Assembly (NCBI GenBank): GCA_000320545.1
Contig: ADNK01001776.1
Location: 1 to 34,144, forward strand
Length of the DNA stretch: 34,144 nucleotides
From: Bigelowiella natans CCMP2755
Taxonomy: Eukaryota > Protista > Cercozoa
Direction: 5' to 3'
In this document: one piece after another, positions 1 to 12,180 of the stretch
Position numbering within the stretch: the first letter of the stretch is position 1
Layout of the letters: every line of letters starts with the position of its first letter
Notes under the pieces: generated by a model
Database searches by the model: none
Seen by the model: the letters and a program-made list of their open reading frames with translations, nothing else
What the model was told of the DNA's origin: nothing
Made by a program: the position numbers and the translations under genes

Positions 1-72
1 TTAGCCTACTGCTGCTACTGTTACACACGCCGCCCGCACGCAAGAAAACATAATACATATCATAAAGAATAT

Positions 73-112
<40 letters not shown>

Positions 113-135
113 ATATATCTGCTCTCCATATGTAG

Positions 136-260
136 TTCACCGGGGATGGCGCGCAGGTGGTGTGTACCTCCCGCCGTCAGCATTTCTTCGTCGTCGATGT
201 CGCTGATGGGAGGGTACAGAGGGTGCCTGGTATCAAGGGGAGGAGAGGTGCTACCACTCG

Positions 261-295
<35 letters not shown>

Positions 296-1345
296 GACTA
301 CTCTGCTGCTGCTGCTAATGCTGCTCCTACTAACTGCTACAACAACGACCACCTCCATGCTAACCGAACATCGAGCGAAAGCACGCGCCTTCTTAAAAAA
401 ATTGTAGAATTATATCGCCATTGCCGCGCACGCAGCGAGAGGGATAGAGCGCATACCACCTCTGTCGGTGTGAGTTGGGTGGCTAGTTTCTCTTTTGCGA
501 GAGGAGATGGTTTGTTTGTTCATTCCTACATATTGCTTTGTCCTGTCGCATTCCCTCCCCCGCGTCTGTCTATACTGTTTATAGATAAGAGCTTCGAGAA
601 ATTGGCAATGGAGAGCGGACCCGGGGCCAAGTACATGGGTATGATTTCTCTTCATATTTGCGATGCGGAGGAGAGGAGGGGGGGGGGGGGGGAGACGATG
701 AGTTCTCTTCGGATATTATATAATTTTCTCTGCGAACATGTGTCTATTTTTTTAAATGCATTAAAGGCGTGGTTGGCGCTCATGGAAATCTTCTCGTCTT
801 GTCGCAGCAAAGCAAACAATATCTTTTCGGGTGAGGGGGAGCGTCGTTGTATTGCATCGTATTTTAGTAGATCGGTGGCTGCTGCTGCTGCTGCTACCGC
901 TGTGCCATATCCAAAAAAAAACGGAGTGTTCTCCTATCGTCTTCGTCGCCTGATTCGCTAAAAGGCCAAACCACATCTCTGTATAGCGTGTGGTGATTGC
1001 TTTCTGTGCGTGCGTGCGTGAATGTGTTTGATACTCACGTTGATAACGACGAGGAGGTCTAAGACAAAAGGCCAAGAAGAAGAAGAAGAAGAAGAAGAAG
1101 ACGTGTATCATTTGTATTTGTATTTGTTCTATCACTACTATGCTGCAATAATGATAGACGAGATACCACAATTATCAGGCTCAAGGTAAATGCGCCCATC
1201 TCTTCTGTCGTGTTCGGAGAGGCGAAAAACTGCGTTTACATGGTGAGCGAATCGAGAAGGAACTTGTCCTTGTCTTTTAAACAAAAACATATTTATAAAT
1301 ATATAAATATTAATGTGTGTATATACATATAATATAAATAAATAA

Positions 1346-1405
<60 letters not shown>

Positions 1406-2303
1406 ATGTACGTACGTGCTTGTGTTTTCTTGCGATGATAGTGCAGCATCATCACTTTTCTAAAGAAGCTCCTCCTCTCTCTACTCACCCATTGCCCAAC
1501 CCTCTCACCTGAACATCAAAAGCTCTGCGAGACCGGCGAAGTGTACACGTTTGATCTACGCACACGTCGATGCCTCTCGCGGCACTTTGACGAGGGAGCT
1601 GTCAAGGTAGCACTTGTGGCAAGATTTCCTAACTTTACACGCACAGTATCACACACATACTCAGTATTACTCCACTAATGTCAGGGCACGTCAATGGCGT
1701 GTAGCAAAGACGGCAGGTTCTTCTAGTAGTAGTCATACCACATTCTAAGGAAGATAAATCTCTACCATGTTACCATGCCCCCCCATTCCCCCCACCCCCC
1801 ACCCCACCCCACCCCGGTAAAGCATTTAAGACCGCGGTGGTATTGGTACACCAAGTCGCTCGATTGTTTGTTTCCACATCTCTCATTCGTCGCTGCGATT
1901 TCTTGCTCATGAGTATTTTCTTGAGAAACCTATCTCTCTCCTCCTCCTCCTCCTCCTCCTCCTCCTCCTCCTCCTGCTGCCGCTTACAATATCTTAGCAC
2001 TTACGCCTGTGGGTCTTCTTCCGGAGTCGTAAACATCTACGATTCGAAGGCTGCAGCAGGTGTGGCATGGTGGCGGAGGGGATATTATGCGGCTCTGCAC
2101 GTTAATATATATTTTAAGTGTTATACACCTACTTTCGGAGTCGCGACGTCAGGAGGAAAGTCCATAAGGCCTTCCTAGCTTTGCATTTATCATCCTGTTG
2201 ATGTTCGTCCGCTATCTCTCATCAGGGGGGGGACCACGGCCTTCGCCCTTGAAGACGCTAATGAACATTACAACGCCTCTTGACACATTACGATTCAACC
2301 AGT

Positions 2304-2359
<56 letters not shown>

Positions 2360-2603
2360 CATACATATTCTGCAGATACTATGTGTGTGCTCGTGTGTGC
2401 GTGGTATTGAGATGTTCAAGTGTGTGTTTGGATCGTGATGTCAGAAATGATTCTTTTGTAGTGACGGCCAGATAATGGCCATGGCAAGTAGCAGAGCGAA
2501 GGACTGCTTGCGACTCGTACATGTGCCTTCGAGGTCGGATCGAGTCTTCCTCTTCGTCATATGTTTCCATCCACGTTCAGTGTTTAAAAAGAAACACACG
2601 CAT

Positions 2604-2686
<83 letters not shown>

Positions 2687-3139
2687 ATAATGTAAATGTT
2701 GTACGGATGTGTGTCAGGACTGTGTTCGCAAATTGGCCAACCGCCAAAACCCCTTTACACAACGTGTCGGCGATGGACTTCAGGTGCTGTTTCCTCCCCC
2801 TCCTTGCTGCTCTAGTGAGGAGGAAGAAGAAGGCGACAACAACACATAGAGAACACCTGACATGCAATTTGCCACGAATTGTCAACCTCGATATCATCAC
2901 CTTGATTTTGTTTCATTTTGCCCGTTCTCCTCCTCCCCCTCCCCCTCCCCCTTCCCCCTCCTCCCCTTTGCTATGATTGCATTCGTATCATCTCTGCTTT
3001 ATGCTTCGAAGTCCAAAGAGCCGCTTCTGTGCTATCGGCAACGCCAAGGTTGTAGTAGATAGAATCTAGAGCGAGGCGAGGAGGGGGGGAGGGGTAGTGC
3101 AGGTGAGAAGAGAAAGAGAGGTGTTAGGGATAATGCCTG

Positions 3140-3178
<39 letters not shown>

Positions 3179-3247
3179 TTATATATCGCTTGATTTGTTT
3201 TTTATCAGGGCAAGGTTCTCCTCTATCGTCTCGATCATTATGCATAG
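136..3247 (+). CDS. UTP18: U3 snoRNA-associated WD40 protein UTP18 (multi-exon, 5' part outside the window)
   Basis: GT-AG exons join in phase to give ...FTGDGAQVVCTSRRQHFFVVDV...GEVYTFDLRTRRCLSRHFDEGAVKGTSMACSKDGSTYACGSSSGVVNIYD...PLKTLMNITTPLDTLRFNHDGQIMAMASSRAKDCLRLVHVPSRTVFANWPTAKTPLHNVSAMDFSPKSRFCAIGNAKGKVLLYRLDHYA*. This matches the recognisable UTP18 C-terminus. Stop TAG at 3245-3247. Confidence 0.93.
2605..2676. repeat. Compound intronic microsatellite (CA)n(GA)n, representative of dozens in the window
   Basis: Directly visible. Similar compound (TA)n/(CA)n/(GA)n/(CTA)n/(CTG)n/(CCT)n tracts occur at about 75-110, 262-320, 1345-1402, 7666-7726, 8082-8162, 23123-23192, 25070-25212 and 31598-31660, all inside inferred introns. 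Confidence 0.95.
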
Positions 3248-3299
3248 AGCTACCGCTGTATTTATGCTGTTGAAATTATTCCTACTACGACACTTAAAC

Positions 3300-3960
3300 G
3301 ACGCTGGTCGCGGTCGCATTTATCAAGATATATAGCTAGATAGTCTCAGTACCATGTCCCTGCGTTTGCTGCGTGGGAATGCATGCGATGTAGCATATTG
3401 ATATCACTACTTTTGTTCATCGAAGGAGCACCCTACGTGCGTACATGAGACTAGATGAGCTAGGTCGATGCGACGACGGCGAATTGCATGCTAGCATGAT
3501 CACAGCAGTTCAAAGCGTTATGCGAACACGCTAGGCGCTAGCGCACGTACTACTATTGCCCGTACTAATAGACATGGTGTACGCATTGCTTATGTGTATT
3601 ATATCACAACTTTTACAACCTCGCGCATTTGACTCAGTGGTTGTTATCAGCCTGTTCCCTTGTGCAGCGCAGATATTGCCTACCTAGCTACGACTATGCT
3701 GCTACGCATTTGTCTGGTTGTGCTGCTGATCAAATGGCCACAATGATGTATATGTGCATCAACGCGGTATTGCGAATAATTAATATAACGCATCGTTATA
3801 CGCATCATTGATCACCTATGTGCCGCAGCAACGTGCGTGGGTACGTGTCATGTAACCCAAGTGCCTTGTCTAGTTGTGTCCGCGTTCAAAGATTATTCAT
3901 ATTGTGGATGTATATAGCTCATCATCATCACATTATTAGGAGTACACGTTATATGTCTCT
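3300..3960. other. Palindrome-dense convergent intergenic tract 1
   Basis: CATGCTAGCATG at 3487-3498, GCGCTAGCGC at 3535-3544, and many GCATGC/CTAG/AGCT/GTAC words. Lies between the 3' ends of UTP18 and the EPDR-like gene. Confidence 0.7.
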
Positions 3961-3976
3961 GTACATCTGCTAATTA

Positions 3977-4639
3977 TCAAGCCATATCTAAGCCATGTTC
4001 TTGTTCATCATTAGTCTTGACGATATCCTCAGACTTACAAACGACTCCAGGGGTCGGATCAAACAAGCTTATATCGGGCTTTCCGGGTCGAAAGTCGAAG
4101 ATATCATAGTGCCAGAGGTGCTGTCCGGGGACGGTCACGGAGAGCTTGGCTAAGCGAAGGGGGACGGATCCATTAGGGGTTGCGTAGATCGAAAACTGAG
4201 CGCCATCATCCCAGTATGTCCACGCGAGAGCCTCTTCCCCGTTGATGACAAGCGTAGTGCCGTTTGAGGTTGCATTCGCTGGAATGTCCCAGAACTTCGA
4301 CCATTGGCACGAGCTAGGGCTTGGATCGATACTCTCATTGCGACAACTCCACGATGAGGGAGCGGTATCAGCATTACCGTGGATGTCTATGAAGTAGCCT
4401 TTGGGCTCGATGTCGCATCTTCGTATCTGCTCGATATGGCCTCCTTGGAGAAGAGGTCCGTCGGCTACCATCCTTGAACGCCGATTGGTTGGATCTTCCA
4501 CTAAGGTCTCATTCACCGTGATGACCCCTCCATCCGTGTCATCGATTTCTACAAGCCTACAGGTAAATTGCTCGCTCAGATTCAGCCGGTCAGCTCGAAG
4601 TAGAAGGGGAAGAACAACTAAGAGGGGCAGAGAGAGCAT
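3977..4639 (-). CDS. Secreted or lysosomal protein, ependymin-related (EPDR)-like; intronless
   Basis: 220-aa ORF with a signal peptide (MLSLPLLVVLPLLLRA), N-glycosylation sequons (NET, NES, NAT, NGT, NGS), several Cys and a C-terminal FDFRPGKPDISLFDPTPGVVC resembling the ependymin F..G..D...F.PP..C motif. The family call is by eye. Confidence 0.65.
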   Translation of the reverse strand: MLSLPLLVVLPLLLRADRLNLSEQFTCRLVEIDDTDGGVITVNETLVEDPTNRRSRMVADGPLLQGGHIEQIRRCDIEPKGYFIDIHGNADTAPSSWSCRNESIDPSPSSCQWSKFWDIPANATSNGTTLVINGEEALAWTYWDDGAQFSIYATPNGSVPLRLAKLSVTVPGQHLWHYDIFDFRPGKPDISLFDPTPGVVCKSEDIVKTNDEQEHGLDMA

Positions 4640-4932
4640 TGCGATTTCAAGGGCGAAACTTCTTTCTCAGTGAAGGAAGGGGGAGGGGAGAGTTTTAGAG
4701 AAACCGAATCTGATGGTTTTCCTAGACTACGACAACGATATTTTCATGTCGCACAACAAACATTTTCATTCGGCAATCTGCGACATGCTACATTTATTGT
4801 CGCAGAGCTTGAAAATGTTCCAATGCTCAATGTTGGGAATGTTTTTTCTCCCAAGCGTGGATCAACCAATTTGTGCTGCAGAGAAAGAGAGCCTGTTGAT
4901 CAGCCAGCACTGCCAGCACTTGCCCTTTGGAG

Positions 4933-6633
4933 ATGAGGACTCTAATTCATCTCGCCCTGGTAAATCGTTGTGAACGTAGAGTTGTTGAAGGCCCTCTAAT
5001 TTTGGTGAACGCAGAGGTGATGGTCATGTTGTGACAGTTGTGATGTTGTGAATGTTGTGATCGATGTTGGTGGTTGGTGGTTGTTGAGTTGGTGAGATAG
5101 TGAAGTTGCACCAAAAGGCCAAAAGCCAAAAGGTGCATGGTGCATGTAACAGATTTGAGGATGTGATGATTATCGTTTTGGGTTGAAACGCTTCATGGAT
5201 TATCACAGTTCGGTTTGAGTTCTGCCGTCCAACACTCATCTCGTTGGCCACAACGTGACTACAGGGAAATGGAAGCCATTTTCGCTAGAGGTGTCATACT
5301 TACTAGAAATATCAAATTATCTGCAGCGGTGACAACAAAAATAAGGCAGAGATAACATGCAATATGTTGTTCCAACGACCCAGTGTAATGTCATCAGTGT
5401 GCTTTTCGCGATTCGATCTTTCTGGATTTTTCATGATTGAAGGCGAAAGATTTCTGTGCGAGGAATCGAAGCCTTCTCTGTGTTGACTACGGAACTAAAT
5501 AGAATTTTGCAGGGACAAACATAACGACATGTGCTCCTGTGAAGATATTACAAGAGGGTGCAACAAAAAACAATTGCGTGACACAGCTGCCAATGACGAA
5601 CGGATTTGGATCCCAGTAAGTCAATTCTCAGATGCTCAGTGATGCCAGTAATTCACAAGTTCGAAAGAGTCTCTCACCAACGTTCCATGCCTGAATTCAG
5701 ATATGTGGGCTTAATGTCCGCGATGGCTTGGGCAGGCTTGCATAATAAAGCCTTCTGCAACACGCCATTCCAAAAAATTGCACATAAACAGAGTGCTGAA
5801 ACATGCAACATCCTTACGGGAGTTCCTACCGGAAAATGCGATCGATGTTTTAGTGGAAAAGAATTCTTCTTAAAGATTCAAGAAGAATTACCTGCTCATC
5901 GGCGACTTGAAGCCTACACTCCATGCCTCCGGAAGCAAATTCGGAAATACTTTGACCAAGGTACAGCACTACCGAATGGGAACTTTGATTGACAGCTTCC
6001 GTGTATTTATTCCTTTATTCCGCGTTAGGTATTGAGAGACTGGGACTACAACCCGTCAAGTTCGTCTCCAACGGCAGCAATTCCGTTAACATTGCCGTTC
6101 ATATACGTCGCGGGGACATAATGAGGGAAAACATGAATAAGGGTCATGATGTCATTCCCAACTCAGTGTATCGGAAAGCAATGCATCACATCCGCTTGCG
6201 CCTTGCGAAGTTGGGCCAAAGGGCCAATTTTCAAGTATTCTCACAGGGAGAAGAATCTGATTTTAAAGACATCGCAGAGGGACATGGAGACGTACAGTTG
6301 CAGCTTTTAGGAGATGAAGGAGCCCTAAAGACATTTGTAAGCATGGTAAAATCAGATGTCTTACTGATGGCCCCAAGCAGCCTCTCATGGGCGGCAGCCT
6401 TTCTCCGAGTGGATTCACAGGTGGGCAAATGGTGGAGCATGATGTATCCTCTATGATCTATCGATGAATACTCTTGCTGTGTCTAACGTTTTCCTGGTGG
6501 CGTGTTCGATGACATGGGGCAGAACGTTCGGCCAAAACAATGGAGCTATCACAAAGAGCCACTCCCTGACTGGAGTAAGTTCGTATCTGTATCTGTAGCA
6601 AGTGACTATCAGCTAGCCTTTTTGGACGAATAG
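4933..6633 (+). CDS. GT11-like (alpha-1,2-fucosyltransferase-type) glycosyltransferase, multi-exon
   Basis: The spliced model gives signal MRTLIHLAL|FGLSSA..., then NGFGSQ|YVGLMSAMAWA, VNIAVHIRRGD (GDP-sugar-binding HxRxGD motif), FQVFSQG, SDVLLMAPSSLSWAAAFL and terminal HKEPLPDW. The 5' exons and last acceptor are less certain. Confidence 0.75.
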
Positions 6634-6659
6634 GCAAGGAAGTATGCCCTCCGTAGTGT

Positions 6660-7130
6660 TAGTTGCGCATGTTTTCATAGCTCACTCCGATGCAATTGCC
6701 CTGGTTACGGGCACATAGAGGCAGGCTAGAAGTCGAACCGGATGGCCACATGCATATGGGGGCTTGCTGCTACGCATCATGAAACATGAGACTGATGTAA
6801 CGAAGTATAAACTATTGTATAATGTAGAAGCGGTACGTTGCATTCATGTAATATGTGCACGATTATACATTCTACAAAATGAAGACATTTGGTGGCACAC
6901 CACACTACCTATGTACCAGCTCCAGAGCTCTAGAGCTATGATGCGGCACGCTATGCAGCTCACACCTAGCTGGCTAGCAAGTTGTGTGTAACTCACATGT
7001 AATCATATCTGGGCACTCTGCTCTAGCTAGCTAGCGCTGCAAGCGCACGGCTGCATGTTGACTGCTACTGTTTAAGTTATAGGCAAATTTTCCTCTCTAG
7101 CTCTTTCGGTGAGACGCAGTGCACAATTCA
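6660..7130. other. Palindrome-dense convergent intergenic tract 2
   Basis: AGCTCTAGAGCT at 6926-6937, CTAGCTAGCTAG at 7023-7034, plus TGCGCA, ATGCAT, GTGCAC, GCTAGC and ACATGT. Lies between the GT11-like and ILV6 3' ends. Confidence 0.7.
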
Positions 7131-7221
7131 CTGAACCCATCACAGTTTTCTAGTTTTGATGAATTTGAAGGTTTAAACTTTGATGATTGCTAGATTGTAA
7201 ACATATCATCGCTTCATATCA

Positions 7222-7256
<35 letters not shown>

Positions 7257-7352
7257 AAAGCCGCAAACGGAACGTCGGGTATGCTATAATGGCGACATCG
7301 TAGCGTTAGCAGGCTGTCTTGCAAAGTCTCTGTCACATTATTATAATTCTAA

Positions 7353-7679
7353 TTATCCAGGAGGGAGCATCGTGACGTCAACACCGTCATACTCCATTTG
7401 AATCTCCTCGGCTTCGTCGCCGAAGGTAATACGACTCCTCGGAATGGTCATGGATCCTGACCTGGAGCTCTCGATGATGCCGAATGGCTTCATGAGCTTG
7501 ACGAAGTTATCAATGCGTGAGGACTTTCCACACAGCTGAATAGTGAGGTCTTGGCTCCCGACGTCGATAACGTCCGCCTAAGTTAAAAATATTGTTGTCA
7601 TTTTTGCAGGTGGTGGTTTGGTAGTGGTAACAACGCAATAAGAGGTAGAATGACACGTAGCCACGCACACACACACATA

Positions 7680-7728
<49 letters not shown>

Positions 7729-8081
7729 TACATATCATATGCACTAATCATGTATAAGAAGAACTTTACTCTTATTTATGTGCATATCTTTGATCCTCAT
7801 GTCAATATGTATTATTATATTAACAAGAAAACCTTAAAAATTTCCGCCAGACTCTTGATGGCGGCGCGATGTGCGTGTCGCTTCATCTTCTCGTCTGCAG
7901 ACTGCTCGGATCCATCGTCACCCGGTGGGTGGTGAGCCATCTTGATCAACAGCAGCTCTCGTTCAAGGGTAGCAGTTTCAGTATAATCCAACACTGCCCA
8001 TACCTACATAAGACGGATTCGCAGTTTCCATTTTTTTTGTTTTCGATGTTCGTTACTGAGTTGGTTGGATCGGGTTGTCTG

Positions 8082-8163
<82 letters not shown>

Positions 8164-8252
8164 CGTTGGGAAATAGATCTACGGACACTTCTGCTTTACC
8201 TCATAACCATTCTTTCATGATGATTAAAAATCTCATCACGATGAGCACACAT

Positions 8253-8301
<49 letters not shown>

Positions 8302-9193
8302 ATCAATCTTTCTCTCCAATAATATGCAGAAACACACCTCCACCAGGCCTTCCAGCTGCTTGATTGCCTGGGAGAAGTTGCTTCCCTTCTTCAAATTTAA
8401 GGTGATAGTCATCCTGGAGAGGTCGGGCACCTCTGTGGTCGCAACGACGAGGGAGTTGATGTTGAAGCCACGAGCTGCGAGCACGCCGGTAACTTGCACA
8501 AGAACCCCGGGGTGGTTATTTACAAGAGCGCAGATCACTGAAGACAAACGGAATGGGTGACAACAGGATTGAGTATGTACAGGCCGTATTCGATTGCTTA
8601 AATATGGCGTGCCTCGTGTGGGAAGTCAAAGAAGATTTCGGACCCCCTCCACTGTCAGATGTGGTGATCGTGACGGTGACATACATGTTCATCGAATTGT
8701 GACAGGAAATAAGTGTCCAAACCTACCACCCCATTTCTATTATTACTTTTTTACCGTAATTTATACCCTATACTATTCTATTTACTTAGCTTTATTTGTG
8801 TAGCCCTTTTGCCTAAATCCCTCCCCAATCCCCTCCCCCTTTCCACTCCAGTGTACCTCTTCGCTGCTCGGGGCCCTTCGTCCGATTGGGCGTGTTGTAT
8901 AGGATGTTGTTCACCGCATCCTCGGGTGTGGTCACATTGGTTCTCAGTCGTTCATACTCGTAGTCTGGATTTAGCATGCCAGCGGTAGGGTCAGTGACGG
9001 ACGAGGAGAACCCACGTTGTGTCATCGTTGACGCCATTGCTTTACTGCCCACGAGTGCTCCTCCGTTACATTTTCCTTCGAGCTTAACGCCAGAGGATCT
9101 GACGAAGCTAGAGATATTCTTGCGGATGTGGGTCGCGGACGACTGAAAAAGGGGGGGGGGGCGTCGAAACACCAGGTGCCGTATTCGTCGCAT
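7353..9193 (-). CDS. ILV6: Acetolactate synthase small (regulatory) subunit with probable mitochondrial presequence; 4 exons
   Basis: Arg/Ser-rich N-terminus; AVNNILYNTP; ACT domain VICALVNNHPGVLVQVTGVLAARGFNINSLVVATTEVPDLSRMTI; VWAVLDYT...ERELLLIK; FVKLMKPFGIIESSRSGSM; ends VDVTMLPPG*. All junctions are GT-AG and in phase. Confidence 0.93.
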
Positions 9194-9773
9194 CGCTCTT
9201 CGTTTCTACCGGCGTTAATCGACAGAAAAAAGGACATAGGCAGTATTATTTCTCAAACAGCCTTTATTTTTATTCATTTTTTTCTTCTCGGCAGGGCTCC
9301 TCTCCCGATTCAGTCTGAAAAATTTTCGCCGATAAGTTCTAGGTCCCTCCTGGAATGAAACGACTACATATTCAGCGTGACGCACATAAAAAGTTCCAAA
9401 TAAAGAGAGCTTATAAGTTCCGGGGGAATTAGTTTCATCTTTAATAATGATTTGCAGACTATCCAAAACCTACGACAAGGACAAAATGTAGTCGTCACAT
9501 GACATTTTTTGAGCAAAAAACTCTCCTGCAGGCGCGTAAGTCTACGTACACAGCGTAACTCTCCCTAACTTTCATCAAATCAATGAGAATTCTCTCATGC
9601 GACCTGAATTAATTCTAAAGGAACCGCTGCGGCAAGTTATCAGGAGAAAGCGTGGCAAAAATCGCAAAATTTCCCGAAATAATGAATCTCTAAGAAAAAA
9701 ATACAAAAAAGTCGGCTCAGAGGTTTGAATTTAATCGAATTTAAATTCATTTCCACCCCTTCCCTCCTCACCG

Positions 9774-11425
9774 ATGGCGAACTTGCTTCACGGACACGGA
9801 GGACTGGCAGTATGCCTTGTTCTATGCCTTTCCATGGTTTCTGCAACCCAAACTCAGCATCTCTCAACCATACGACGCCAACAACGGGCAAGATGCAACG
9901 AAACTTCTTCTCAATGCGGGCCTGGTAAGCATTCTAACTCCGTGCAGTTAGTACTCTGTGCATTTTCCTGGGTCTGAATTTTACTCTGTTGAAATTTATT
10001 TTTAAGATGTTTTGTACAGTAAAGAAGGCTTTCTGCCACTAACCTAAAATAACAACAACTGTCTGAGTTCTGAACGTAACTAAAATTTCATACCTAATTT
10101 CATACCTAACAGCTGACTCAGACCTTTCCGTTACTGTCAATTTCGACAAAAGCGGCGTGAGCGTCTCCAAGAAGCTTTCTGGAGAGGATGACAAGAAAGC
10201 AGAAGGTGGGGATCATCATACTGAAAAGAAGCAGCAGCAAGGTTCAGAAAAATCCGAGATGCAGAAGACCGCAGAATCATTATTCAAACGATTCGATGCT
10301 GATGCAAATCAAGAGCTAAACAGTACCGAATTCAACGGGATGGCAGAAATCGCGCAAATACAAGCAGAAGAAGCGGCAGAGCTCTTGGCGCAATTTGATT
10401 CGGATAAGAACAAGCAGCTAAACCTCAACGAGGTAACGTTCTTACTCAGCACCAAAATTCTTTCAAATAGTCTGTGTTCTGTTATGATTAACTGATGAAA
10501 TGCGTATGTTCGCACATATGTGTGCACGCCCATGTAGGCTATTGATATGATGAAGGCGATCCGAGAGAAGAAGGTGCTCATCAAAGGACCCAAGTATAAT
10601 GCGACAAAGAAAGTAGAGGTCAGTGCTTATTCACAGAGTATACTGGGCAACCGAGAAATGCAAACATCCTAGTGTAGAATCACATAACAACATACGAGGC
10701 GTAGGAGTAGCGCAACGTCTCAAATGAGTCAACGCATCTCAATCTTGTTCTCTCCTCTCAGAACCACGACAACTCCGCTTCCGCCACGAAAGCGATTCCT
10801 AGCGATGTTGCCGAAATGGCCAAAGCAGAAGCTGCTATACCCTCGCACCACTCTCACCGTTCCGCCGCTGCAAAGGCAGAGGAAGGCGTCGATTGCAGCT
10901 CCAATCCACATGGCCGTGGATGTCCTGACCCCCCAATCGTCACCGATGTAAGCACACGCGCGTGGACACAAACACACACACAAAGAGAGGGATGGTAATG
11001 TAAGTATGGAACCTTAATCTACGTGACGTAATCCACAGGCTCAAGACACGACTGCGAAGATGGCAGTTTCTCACGCAGAAGCAATCAGCTTATTCAAGCG
11101 CTTCGACTACGATGACGACAACACCCTCAACCGCGAAGAGCTAACCACTCTCGTTGAAGCCACTCAGGATGCAAGGTACCGAGGGGAGGGGGGATGAGGA
11201 GACAGGGCATGATCACGAACTTACATAAGCTCTCTGTCCATGCAGTAGCATTCTCTTTCTAATGCCTCAGACACTGATTTACTTGTATTGTCGCTTTTCT
11301 CAGCGAAGAACCTGTGATGCTCAAGGCATTCCCCGCCTCAGAAAAGTTGGCTTTCGCTCCCTTCTTCAAGGCGCTAAATCTTTTCTACTCGGGAAGCACT
11401 CAAGGTGGGGGAAAGCATCGTTTGT

Positions 11426-11468
<43 letters not shown>

Positions 11469-11581
11469 AATAGAGAACTAGAGAACGGAATCTACATTGT
11501 TATAACATCCCGTGCTGTACATGTCCGATCTAATGTTTGTGCTGTTTTTTGTGTTTTTAAGTCGGCGATTTGAAGTTCTAG
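9774..11581 (+). CDS. Secreted EF-hand calcium-binding protein; 7 exons
   Basis: Signal peptide (LAVCLVLCLSMVSA). EF-loops DADANQELNSTE, DSDKNKQLNLNE and DYDDDNTLNREE. In-phase GT-AG exons end ...YSGSTQVGDLKF*. Confidence 0.8.
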
Positions 11582-11719
11582 TCTGGACGGAAAAGGAAGG
11601 CCTGATAGATTTATTGAAAATGGAAGAAATCTCGAAAGTTCACACTCTATATGCAATAAGAATCATGTGCCGCTGTCGCCGCACAGTTTTGTCTAAATAT
11701 TTTCACAATGCAAGAAAAG

Positions 11720-12180
11720 GCAGCACATGTGTGATCATCTATGCATAATGACATGGCAATAATGCATTTGCAGCGCTGAATATGTGCATACTAGCATATT
11801 ATATTTCTTAAGACGTGCGTGACCAATTTTTGAGTTAAGTCTTTTAGTCTTGTCAAACAATTCGTTGCTAGCCTTAGTATCATGCATGGATGCTTGTATT
11901 GCTGCGATCACGGGCGGTGCGTGTCGATGCACAAATCATCGAAATTGCGAATTGAATAAATCATTTTAATGATATTGTTATTTTTGTTAAATGCTGCTAA
12001 TGAAGCCTTACTTTGTATCATTCATTGTCCACGTGCGTGGCTGCAATCCTCAATTCATCATTTTAGTCGTTATCATCGTTACAGAGAGCAAGCGTTTCTG
12101 ACCACACATGCCACAGAAGCGGTTGATATGAGGGTTGTAGAAGGTGCAGCTAGTACATGTCCAGCTAGCATGCTTCTTTT
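11720..12180. other. Palindrome-dense convergent tract 3 (extends into the ligase 3' coding end)
   Basis: CACATGTG, ATGCAT, CAGCGCTG, TGTGCACA, GCTAGC, CATGCATG and CACGTG. Lies between the EF-hand and ligase genes. Confidence 0.6.

Noticed and set aside
110-961. 283-aa ORF and the many YIYI/HTHT/ERER/CVCV ORFs across the window
   Set aside because: They are open only because of intronic microsatellites. The real exons lie in other frames or are short parts of these ORFs.
4670-4973. ORFs 4670-4936 and 4713-4973 as the glycosyltransferase start
   Set aside because: The ATG at 4933 gives an in-phase spliced signal peptide, and the longer ORFs have no signal anchor.
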